From: an uncultured Chloroflexia bacterium
GTDB taxonomy: Bacteria; Chloroflexota; Chloroflexia; QHBQ01; JADMIH01
Direction of reading: 5' to 3'
Assembly: GCA_963797095.1 (NCBI GenBank)
Contig: CAWCNY010000002.1
Coordinates: 96,001-160,000, forward strand
DNA: 64,000 nt
The notes below the pieces were generated by a model. That model was not told the origin of the DNA, made no database searches, and was given only the letters and a program-made list of their open reading frames with translations. Position 1 is the stretch's first letter, and each line of letters starts with the position of its first letter. The translations under genes and the position numbers were made by a program. Positions 41,993-50,998 of this stretch are shown in pieces.

Positions 41993-42754
41993 TCAGCCCT
42001 CAGTCTTCTGAAATATCAGGATATACTGGTGTAATTGATTTGCTACGAACCTGTATGGGTAACCGAATGGGTATAGGCGCGGCGTTCGATCATACCATAT
42101 TTTACACCCGCGATATGCCAGGCCAGGTACCCTGGACATGACCACCACCAGGTCGGCATGGAGCATGTTGTGATGCTGCGCGGTAGGTTGGAGATCCTTA
42201 GCAAATACCACCATGTATCCTGCCGGTTTTAGCAAGCCTAATGCCAGGGTCAGGATACTGCGTAACTCGATCAGGAAGAGATCGTAGGGCAGATTGCCCA
42301 GGTCTCGTTTACTCATGGTAAATGGCGTAGCCTCGGCTGAGCCTGTACGCTTCTTCTTCTCTCCGCTTTGAGGGCGTCGCATCATATCGCCATAGGGAGG
42401 GTCGGTCAACACCAGATCGAATCGCCTGTTTGCTACCTCGGGGCTTCGCAACATATCGCGTGCGTCACCCACTAACGATATTTGTTGCGGCAGCTCCTCA
42501 AGTAAGGCCACCTGCTTGTAAATATCAACGTATTCTGCTGCCAGATCTATGCCAACTGCGTTCCGTTCGGCAAGTGAGCACCCGAGTAGCGTCCCACCTA
42601 CCCCCATGAACGGATCGAGCACCCACTCCCCACGCCTGGTGAAAAACTCTACGATGCGTGCCATCAACTGTGGAGGCTTCGGCGAGGGGTGTATGCGCCG
42701 CAACCGGTGACCGTAGGACTGCGGTCCCGAAGTCGGATAAGCCGTGGCCTCCAC
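41993..42754 (-). CDS. Amino (N4/N6) DNA methyltransferase
   Basis: HPSPKP, VLDPFMGVGG (motif I), TDPPY (motif IV); the reading frame stays open upstream to 42871. Confidence 0.8.
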   Translation of the reverse strand: MEATAYPTSGPQSYGHRLRRIHPSPKPPQLMARIVEFFTRRGEWVLDPFMGVGGTLLGCSLAERNAVGIDLAAEYVDIYKQVALLEELPQQISLVGDARDMLRSPEVANRRFDLVLTDPPYGDMMRRPQSGEKKKRTGSAEATPFTMSKRDLGNLPYDLFLIELRSILTLALGLLKPAGYMVVFAKDLQPTAQHHNMLHADLVVVMSRVPGLAYRGCKIWYDRTPRLYPFGYPYRFVANQLHQYILIFQKTEG

Positions 42755-42916
42755 CGACGACAGAAAATGGACCCACTCACTTCCCGACAGATCGTTCAGT
42801 CTATTGCGTGGATCAGGTAGATTTCGGATTTCAGATTTCAGATCTCGGATCGAATTTCTCCAGGTGCCAGGTCACTCTTCACTCGTCAAGAATAAGGAGT
42901 ATGCAGAATGCAGTAC

Positions 42917-43987
42917 TCAAATCGTCACCCAGTACAGCATCTCGTGTACCGTCCCGTTTGTCTTATACCGCCGGTTATCTCCGTCCGCGTCAGAGCGGTA
43001 ACGTGGGTACTCACACGCGTACACCTCGACATTGCCACGCTGCGAAAGGATCTCAACGATCCTGTCATGCGGAATCAGCCCCTCGCTGTTATAACTCATC
43101 AGCATCCAGCGAGACTGCGCCGACGTGACCAGTTCCGACAACTGCTCTTCCGCCACACCGCTCTTGCAATAAGCCGAGCGCTGCCCGTTGTCGGCGCGCA
43201 GGCCCGCCACTCCGCGCAGCTCAGGCTCATCGCCCCTCGCCAGGGTCTCAAGCAGGTGATAATTAGTGCTGTATTGGCGAGAGTTGTAAGGAGGATCTAT
43301 ATAAAGCAGGTCGCACTCCTGGCCTAGAACTATTTCGTTCGCATCCCCCAGGTTCACGCTATGCGACTGCGCGCTATGTACGATGCCCGGTATGCGGAGC
43401 ACCAGCGGTTTGTGTGCTCGCCCGTCCCACCCCTTCAAATATGCGGCGTATGTGCCGGCCACGTTTGCCACGCGGGATACCGCCTCGATCAGTGCCGCCA
43501 CAAGCAGATATCGCTCGCTCTCGGTGAGCCAGCCCATATCCCACCACTCGCGTATGGCCCCTCTAATAGCGTCGATGCGCAGAGCATTGGCGGCTGTGAA
43601 ATAGCGTCTCCCCTCGGGGCCATCGGGTGAGTAGTGCCAATAGTAATAGCCTTCCACTCCGCGCAGGTTGTTCAGGTGCGAGATCACTCGTTGTAATGGC
43701 ATAGGCAGCACGATGTTGGGGTCCAGGACCCCCGCTTCCACGACCCCGGCAAACGACGGCGCTTCGTTCAGGCCGATATAGGCGTGCTGGAACGCATAAG
43801 AGTATGTCATCAGGTCTCCGCTGATGACCCGCCAATCCTGCCGCTTGAGATGCCGGGCCACTGACGTAGTGCCCGTAAATGGGTCGCACACACAAAGAGG
43901 CTGGTCGGATGTGCTAACCGCCCGGTGCATATGCAATACATCGTCAATGAAGTTGAGCAGACTCTCTTTGTTGCCTAGATATCGCAT
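42917..43987 (-). CDS. DNA adenine methyltransferase (D12-class-like)
   Basis: MRYLGNK, DPFTGT (motif I), YIDPPYNSRQY..NYH (motif IV), SYNSEG. Confidence 0.88.
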   Translation of the reverse strand: MRYLGNKESLLNFIDDVLHMHRAVSTSDQPLCVCDPFTGTTSVARHLKRQDWRVISGDLMTYSYAFQHAYIGLNEAPSFAGVVEAGVLDPNIVLPMPLQRVISHLNNLRGVEGYYYWHYSPDGPEGRRYFTAANALRIDAIRGAIREWWDMGWLTESERYLLVAALIEAVSRVANVAGTYAAYLKGWDGRAHKPLVLRIPGIVHSAQSHSVNLGDANEIVLGQECDLLYIDPPYNSRQYSTNYHLLETLARGDEPELRGVAGLRADNGQRSAYCKSGVAEEQLSELVTSAQSRWMLMSYNSEGLIPHDRIVEILSQRGNVEVYACEYPRYRSDADGDNRRYKTNGTVHEMLYWVTI

Positions 43988-44036
43988 GATCTCAAGCCTC
44001 GGCCTTACCGGCACACCCTCACATGATTTTCGTATT

Positions 44037-44172
44037 ATGCCGTAAGTTGGATGGACGCGCAAGAGGGTCAGTTGTTAGAAGAGTTCAGGCTTGAGGCAGA
44101 GCAATTGCTAATGTAAGCAAGAAGCATAATGGGCAAGGCATCGGTCATGCGGGTCCATCCAACTTACGGCAT
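44037..44172. repeat. 136-bp element with 25-bp terminal inverted repeats (MITE-like)
   Basis: atgccgtaagttggatggacgcgca ... tgcgggtccatccaacttacggcat (1 mismatch); no clear target duplication. Confidence 0.65.
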
Positions 44173-44592
44173 CTTCAGGAAGGCGGACTGCTTGCCTACC
44201 CGGCTCTCAGAAAATATTCTTCCCACGCAATTGTCAATATTAGTTCATTTTTCGTACACACTTCCCTTGACATATACCTACTAATTTTGATAAGAATAGT
44301 ACTTAGCGGAGTTCTGCCTTCCGCAATGGACTGCGTCCAGGATTTGTCCAGGCACAAGCTCTTCATCACGGAAGGTATTACTCAGGCACCCGACTTCCTC
44401 ACCACATCCAATTGCGGCATATCCTTCCTGCCGCCTCTAAGATATCACCTGCTACCATGAGGGCTGTCTGTAGCTGCGTGTCGGAGCGGTAGGTCTTCGA
44501 AACCTATACTGAAACGGTGAGGTCCTGTCCCGGTTGGCAATCCATCAATCTCCAATTCGCTACTTATAGGACAAGGAAAGGAAAGGAAGCCC

Positions 44593-47500
44593 ATGCAAAC
44601 AGAGACAAAGAATCGGAAGCGCGCCGGTTCCGTCATCCTTATGCTGGCGGCCCTGCTCGTCGTTGCATTGACGGCAGGCCTGCTCAGCTCAGGCGTGTTC
44701 GGAACGACAAGCGCTACGCAGACGGCAAGCAAGGTTGCTCTCCAGCCTGCGGCCCCCGGCAACGTCAGCAATATGAGCGCTGACGTAAATGCTGCCGTCA
44801 AGCCCCAGAGTGACATCCCGGTTACTCAGGCGGGCCAGGTAACGGTTATCAACGCCACCTACGCCGACGTTTCCCCTCCTCTGCGTGACATACCTCCCGC
44901 GAAAGACGTGGTACATGCTGAGGAGAACGAGAACCCTCTGCCTTACAACAAGCCGAGCCAACCCGTTACAGACCCTGTGGTGCAGAACTTCTTCGGCCCC
45001 CTCGCAATGCCCACGCCTATCATTACCTGGGCGGGCATCCCCAATATGTGCGGTTGCTTACCGCCCGACACAAACGCCGACGTTAGCGCTGACTATGTGG
45101 TTGAGACGGTCAACTCGCATTTTGAAGTATGGGATAAGACCGGCACCTCTCTGCTAGGTCCTGTACCCATCAATACCCTCTTCTCGGGTACCGGTACAGC
45201 GTGCCAGACCCACAACGACGGCGACCCGGTGGTGCTTTATGATCAGCTTGCCGACCGCTGGCTGATCACCCAGTTCACATCGTCGTCTCCCTACGGCCAG
45301 TGCCTTGCTCTTTCAACTACGTCCGACCCCACTGGCAATTACTACCGCTACTTCTTCGCCCAGGGCAACCTCCTGAACGACTATCCCAAGTACGGTGTGT
45401 GGCCTGATGGCTATTACTTCACGGCCAACCGCTTCCTGAACGGTGTATCTTTTGACAGCCCAGTCGTTGCCGCCTTTGATCGCGCCAAGATGTTGGTTGG
45501 CGATCCCAGCGCTACTTTGCAAGAGATCAACCCCGGCAACTTCTTCTATGCAATCCTTCCAGCCGATATAGATGGCACTACTCTCCCACCGGCTGGCGCT
45601 CCAGGCATATTCGCCTCGGTGAGCGGTACAGTTGCCACCATGAGAGAGTGGCTCATGCATGTTGACTGGGTTACTCCAGCCAACACCACGCTCACCGGAC
45701 CCATCAATATTTCTATAGCTCCGTTCGATGGCGATATGTGCGGAGGCTCTCGAAACTGTGTCCCTCAGGCAGGTACATCTGCACGCCTCGATGCCATCGC
45801 GGGCCGCATCATGCACCGCCTGTCGTACCGCAACATGGGTGATCATGAAGTGATCCTCTCGTCCGGTACCGTAGACGCCAACGGCTCCGACTTGGGAGGT
45901 ATCCGCTGGTATGAGGTGCGCGACCCTCTCGGCACCCCGTATGTATACCAGCAGGGGACATACGCGCCTGATAGCACAACCCGCTGGATGCCCAGCATCG
46001 CTATGGACCGCGATGGCAACATCGCCGTCGAGTACAGCGCGTCTAGCTCCAGTATCAACCCGGCGATCCGGTATGCCGGTCGTCTCGCGACCGATCCTCT
46101 GGGCGAGTTGACCCAGGGTGAGACTACCCTCTTTGCGGGCACCGGCTCGCAGACAAGCACAAGCGGGCGGTGGGGTGACTATTCATCTCTCATGCTTGAT
46201 CCGTCCGACGACTGCACCTTCTGGGCCGCCAACGAATACTACGTGACTACCAGTGGTGCTGGCTGGGCGACCCGCATCGGCTCCTTCAAGTTCCCCGGTT
46301 GTGGTTCTACCACCCCCACGCCGACCGTTACGGGCACACCTCCAACCGCTACCAACACCCCTACCCAGATCCCCACAGCCACCCCCGTGCCCACTGAGTG
46401 CCGCAACTACGACTATGCTACCGCCACCGACACCATCACGGCAGACATTACCAATGATGTAGGTATACATTGCGATGACTGCGGCATCTATGCGGCGCTG
46501 CCATTCCCGATCCAGTTCTACAACCAGACGTTCGACAACATCGCCTTTAGCTCTAATGGTGCGGTTCAGTTCGGTTCCAGTGACTACTCTTTCGGGAACG
46601 ACTGCTTGCCCGTGCCTGTGGTTGACTACGGTATCTTCCCGTGGTGGGATGATATGGTAACTGATGGAGCGGGCGAAGGCATATTCACCTCGGTTACAGG
46701 CGTAACGCCGAGCCGTGTCTACCACGTAGAGCTTAAGCTGGAATCGCTAAGTGATGGCGGGCTTGTAGATGTAGAAGTGCGTTTGCATGAAGATACAAGC
46801 AACTTCGAGATCGTCTATGGGCCAATCACCACTGACTCGATCTACGCAACCATTGGTTCCCAGGCCACCTATGCTTCCGGCGCCTATACGGAGGTATCGT
46901 GCAACACAACGGGCATTGCTGAGGGCATGAGGCTCAACTTCACCCTTGCAGCCTGCCCTGCCACTTCCACCCCCACTGTTACAGATACCCCCGTGCCTAC
47001 CGATACCCCCGTGCCTACCGACACCTCTGTGCCGACTGACACACCAACCTCGCCACCTGGAGCGACCAATACCTCAACCCCGGTAGCCACTGACACTCCT
47101 CCTCCTGGTGGTGCTACTGCTACCCCCACTGCCTGCCTCATCTCCTTCACTGACGTGCCCCCAGGCTCTACCTTCTACGACTACATCAGGTGCATGGCAT
47201 GTAGGGGCATCATCAACGGCTACACCTCAGGGTGCGAGAGCGGCAACCCATGCTTCCGCCCCAACAACAACGTCACAAGGGGCCAGCTATCCAAGATAGT
47301 GTCCAACTCAGCAGGCTACAATGATGACCCAGGTCCCCAGCGCTTTGAGGATGTGCCTCTTGGCTCAACCTTCTACGACTTCATAGGGAGGCTGGCCAGT
47401 AGAAACATCATCGCAGGGTACCCATGCGGAGGACCTGGTGAACCGTGCGTGGGCCCAGGGAACCTGCCGTACTTCAGACCCAATGCCAACATCACAAGGG

Positions 47501-47781
47501 GACAGATCTCCAAGATAGTGTCAGAGGCAGCGGGGTACTCGGACCCGGTAGGAGACCAGCAGTTCCAGGACGTACTGCCAGGGTCAACCTTCTACGACTG
47601 GATATGGAGGCTGACAGACCGGGGCATCATGAATGGCTACCCATGCGGAGGTCCTGGTGAACCGTGTGTAGGCCCTGCCAACCTGCCATACTTCAGACCT
47701 GGAGCCAACGCGACGAGAGGGCAAGCCTCCAAGATAGTGGCTAACACCTTCTTGCCTGCCTGCTATACCCCTCTCAAGTAA
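44593..47781 (+). CDS. Secreted SLH-domain protein, paralog 2 (with extra internal domain)
   Basis: Same PPD/DYPK/RWGDY domain, an extra ~190-aa domain (CDDC, LPFPIQFY, FPWWDD), PT linkers, SLH module. Confidence 0.85.
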   Translation: MQTETKNRKRAGSVILMLAALLVVALTAGLLSSGVFGTTSATQTASKVALQPAAPGNVSNMSADVNAAVKPQSDIPVTQAGQVTVINATYADVSPPLRDIPPAKDVVHAEENENPLPYNKPSQPVTDPVVQNFFGPLAMPTPIITWAGIPNMCGCLPPDTNADVSADYVVETVNSHFEVWDKTGTSLLGPVPINTLFSGTGTACQTHNDGDPVVLYDQLADRWLITQFTSSSPYGQCLALSTTSDPTGNYYRYFFAQGNLLNDYPKYGVWPDGYYFTANRFLNGVSFDSPVVAAFDRAKMLVGDPSATLQEINPGNFFYAILPADIDGTTLPPAGAPGIFASVSGTVATMREWLMHVDWVTPANTTLTGPINISIAPFDGDMCGGSRNCVPQAGTSARLDAIAGRIMHRLSYRNMGDHEVILSSGTVDANGSDLGGIRWYEVRDPLGTPYVYQQGTYAPDSTTRWMPSIAMDRDGNIAVEYSASSSSINPAIRYAGRLATDPLGELTQGETTLFAGTGSQTSTSGRWGDYSSLMLDPSDDCTFWAANEYYVTTSGAGWATRIGSFKFPGCGSTTPTPTVTGTPPTATNTPTQIPTATPVPTECRNYDYATATDTITADITNDVGIHCDDCGIYAALPFPIQFYNQTFDNIAFSSNGAVQFGSSDYSFGNDCLPVPVVDYGIFPWWDDMVTDGAGEGIFTSVTGVTPSRVYHVELKLESLSDGGLVDVEVRLHEDTSNFEIVYGPITTDSIYATIGSQATYASGAYTEVSCNTTGIAEGMRLNFTLAACPATSTPTVTDTPVPTDTPVPTDTSVPTDTPTSPPGATNTSTPVATDTPPPGGATATPTACLISFTDVPPGSTFYDYIRCMACRGIINGYTSGCESGNPCFRPNNNVTRGQLSKIVSNSAGYNDDPGPQRFEDVPLGSTFYDFIGRLASRNIIAGYPCGGPGEPCVGPGNLPYFRPNANITRGQISKIVSEAAGYSDPVGDQQFQDVLPGSTFYDWIWRLTDRGIMNGYPCGGPGEPCVGPANLPYFRPGANATRGQASKIVANTFLPACYTPLK

Positions 47782-48111
47782 AATCGCGCCGGTTCTGAAC
47801 GTGGAACATGACGGTTAACTGATAGTTCCTAGAGAGAAGAGAGTCTGTGATAGGCATTGTCGCCAGACACTCGCAGACCCTCTTCTCTGCTCCAATAATG
47901 TTCTTTGCCTATAATGGCATTGCAAACATACCTTGTGGATATTTTGCAGGTCGCTTTACTGTGCTGACCTGGTAGGATATCATGCGTAGAGCAACTTATC
48001 CTGTTACAATCGAATATGGGAAATAGAGGTCGTTTAGTCGTTACGTTTCGGTGGTCATAGTTTCGGAGCATTATCTGAGGTAATGGCCTGACAATAAAGG
48101 AAGGAGCAAAC

Positions 48112-50688
48112 ATGTTACGTTTAGAGAAACGCGTTCCAGGCAACTGGCGAAGGGGACTTATCGCCCTTCTTGCCTTATCCGCAATCGTGCTGCTATCGGT
48201 GAGCGTTGCCAGTGCTGGCGTCCCAACGGGCACATCCTCCGCAGCGCAGGGCAAAGAGCGAATGTCGACTGCGGCCAATGTAGGGCCTGTTGTCGAGCGA
48301 GATTTGAAGCACGATGTTTCACCACCCCTGCGCGACATTCCTCCAGTAGCCGCCCAGCCCATGTCCGGCGAGCGGGAGATTAGACGCCATGCACCCCCCA
48401 ACCCTGCCAACGAGTATAGCGATCCCGTAGTGCAGTGGGCCTGGGGGCCGTTGGCTATGCCGACACCTATAATAACCTTCGCCGGTATTAACTCCACGGA
48501 ATCGCCGTGCGGTTGTCTTCCCCCTGATACCAACGGAGAGGCGGGACCCAATCATTATGTGCAGATTGTGAACACAGCCTTCCGGGTGTACAGCAAGTCT
48601 ACAGGGGCACCTCTTGGCCCCGTCACGGCAATCAATACGCTGTGGTCGGGCTTCGGAGGGCCCTGCCAGACGCGCAACGACGGCGACCCCGTCCTCAAGT
48701 ATGACGAGCTTGCCGACCGCTGGGTGGTCAGCCAGTTTACCACTGCCCCACCATTTAACGAGTGTATCGCCGTTTCGACCTCAGGCGATCCGCTCGGCAG
48801 TTACAACCGCTACGCATTTGCTCTTCATGAGAGCGCTTCCCGCTTCGGTGACTACCCCAAGATAGGGGTGTGGCCGGATGCTTACTATATGTCGGACAAC
48901 GAGTTCAACACTTCCGGCACACAGTGGCTGGGCGCAGGCAACTATGCTTTCGACCGCACGCAAATGCTCCTGGGCAGCACTGCTACCTATGTCTACTTCG
49001 GCCTGCCACCGGAAGATTGGGGCGGACAACAACCCTCCGACTGGGATGGATCCACACCGCCGCCTGCGGGCGCTCCCAACATGTTCATGGAAGTAGACGA
49101 CTCGGCCTGGGACCCGCCCAACATCCCAACCGACCAGATACAGATGTGGCGCTTCCACGTGGACTTCGCCACCCCTGCGAATTCAACTTTCACACCTTTG
49201 GCCCCGATCGTGCCGCCCGATCTCGCCCCCTTTGATGGACTTCTGTGCGACTTCGCCTCGTGCGTGCCGCAACCGGGCACCTCACAACTGCTCGATACCC
49301 TGTCCGACCGCCTGATGTACAGGGTCGCGTACCGCAACTTCGGAGATCACGAGTTGATCGTGTTCAACCATACAGTAGATGTTGCCACCAACAAATCGGC
49401 CATCCGCTGGTACGAAATACGCGGCATCAGCGGCACACCGAGCATATTCCAGCAAGGGACATACGACCCAACCACCGACCAACACTGGATGGGAAGCATG
49501 GCTATGGACCAATCGGGCGATATAGCCCTGGGTTATAGTGTCTCCAGCACCTCGACCTTCCCATCCATACGGTATACAGGTCGTATGCCAGGTGACCCAC
49601 TGGGCACTTTGCCGCAAGGCGAGGCCACCATCATAAACGGTACCGGATCGCAAACTCATTCGGCGGGCCGGTGGGGCGACTATAGCGCGCTTGTGCTGGA
49701 CCCGGTAGATGATTGTACCTTCTGGTACACCACCGAGTATCTGATTACAACTTCCAGCGCCAACTGGCAGACGCGCATTGGCTCGTTCAAGTTCCCCGGT
49801 TGCGGGGCAGCCACACCTACCCCCACGGCTACAGATACTCCTGTCGCGCCTACCAGTACACCCACCTCTACTCCCACTAATACACCGCTTGTCACCACAA
49901 CCTCCATGCCCACAGACACGAATACTCCAATCCCTGGGGTGACAGATACACCGACCACACCGCCGGAAGTGACCAACACCTCAACCCCGGTAGCCACTGA
50001 CACTCCTCCTCCTGGTGGTGCTACTGCTACCCCCACTGCCTGCCTCATCTCCTTCACTGACGTGCCCCCAGGCTCTACCTTCTACGACTACATCAGGTGC
50101 ATGGCATGTAGGGGCATCATCAACGGCTACACCTCAGGGTGCGAGAGCGGCAACCCTTGCTTCAAGCCCAATAACAACGTCACACGGGGCCAGCTATCCA
50201 AGATAGTGTCCAACTCAGCTGGCTTTGACGATGACCCAGGTCCCCAGCGCTTCGAGGATGTGCCACTCGGTTCAACCTTCTACGACTTCATAGGGAGGCT
50301 GGCCAGCCGCGACATCATCGCAGGGTACCCATGTGGAGGACCAGGAGAGCCATGTGTAGGCCCAGGGAACCTGCCGTACTTCAGACCGAATGCCAACGTG
50401 ACGAGAGGACAGATCTCCAAGATAGTGTCAGAGGCAGCGGGGTACTCGGACCCGGTAGGAGACCAGCAGTTCCAGGACGTACTGCCAGGGTCAACCTTCT
50501 ACGACTGGATATGGAGGCTGACAGACCGGGGCATCATGAACGGGTACGCATGTGGAGGAGTGGGAGAGCCATGTGTAGGCCCTGCCAACCTGCCATACTT
50601 CAGGCCAGGAGCCAATGCGACGAGAGGGCAAGCCTCCAAGATAGTGGCTAACACCTTCTTGCCTGGCTGCTATACCCCTCTCAAATAA
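48112..50688 (+). CDS. Secreted SLH-domain protein, paralog 3
   Basis: Signal peptide; PPDTNGEAGPNHYVQ, DYPK, RWGDY; PT linker; SLH module. Confidence 0.85.
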   Translation: MLRLEKRVPGNWRRGLIALLALSAIVLLSVSVASAGVPTGTSSAAQGKERMSTAANVGPVVERDLKHDVSPPLRDIPPVAAQPMSGEREIRRHAPPNPANEYSDPVVQWAWGPLAMPTPIITFAGINSTESPCGCLPPDTNGEAGPNHYVQIVNTAFRVYSKSTGAPLGPVTAINTLWSGFGGPCQTRNDGDPVLKYDELADRWVVSQFTTAPPFNECIAVSTSGDPLGSYNRYAFALHESASRFGDYPKIGVWPDAYYMSDNEFNTSGTQWLGAGNYAFDRTQMLLGSTATYVYFGLPPEDWGGQQPSDWDGSTPPPAGAPNMFMEVDDSAWDPPNIPTDQIQMWRFHVDFATPANSTFTPLAPIVPPDLAPFDGLLCDFASCVPQPGTSQLLDTLSDRLMYRVAYRNFGDHELIVFNHTVDVATNKSAIRWYEIRGISGTPSIFQQGTYDPTTDQHWMGSMAMDQSGDIALGYSVSSTSTFPSIRYTGRMPGDPLGTLPQGEATIINGTGSQTHSAGRWGDYSALVLDPVDDCTFWYTTEYLITTSSANWQTRIGSFKFPGCGAATPTPTATDTPVAPTSTPTSTPTNTPLVTTTSMPTDTNTPIPGVTDTPTTPPEVTNTSTPVATDTPPPGGATATPTACLISFTDVPPGSTFYDYIRCMACRGIINGYTSGCESGNPCFKPNNNVTRGQLSKIVSNSAGFDDDPGPQRFEDVPLGSTFYDFIGRLASRDIIAGYPCGGPGEPCVGPGNLPYFRPNANVTRGQISKIVSEAAGYSDPVGDQQFQDVLPGSTFYDWIWRLTDRGIMNGYACGGVGEPCVGPANLPYFRPGANATRGQASKIVANTFLPGCYTPLK

Positions 50689-50730
50689 CACCGGAATCAA
50701 CTGGACCAGCCCCCAGACGGTACTGGATAC

Positions 50731-50762
50731 GAGAAGCCTCCCCATGCTCGGGGAGGCTTCTC
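50731..50762 (+). terminator. Stem-loop after SLH paralog 3
   Basis: gagaagcctcccc-atgctc-ggggaggcttctc. Confidence 0.7.
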
Positions 50763-50998
50763 CCTTATGAGAACGTTACGCTATATATCTGAGAATGGGC
50801 TATGATCCGAGGCTCTTCGCCTGTTCTGCAGAACCTTTCAGGATCCCTCCATCGAATTGCTCTTGTCATAAAACACGCGATCGAGTATATAAGTGATCAT
50901 TATCTACTGCCACCGGCCCAGGGTTGGGCGTTTCCATATGGCTGGCTGGTGGGTCTTTATTGTCTTCTAAAGAAATCTGGAGAGGGAGGTATCATATC

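Noticed and set aside
35778-50680. SLH repeats as diversity-generating retroelement TR/VR pairs
   Set aside because: The differences I checked are mostly synonymous and not adenine-specific, all copies are coding, and there is no reverse transcriptase in the window.
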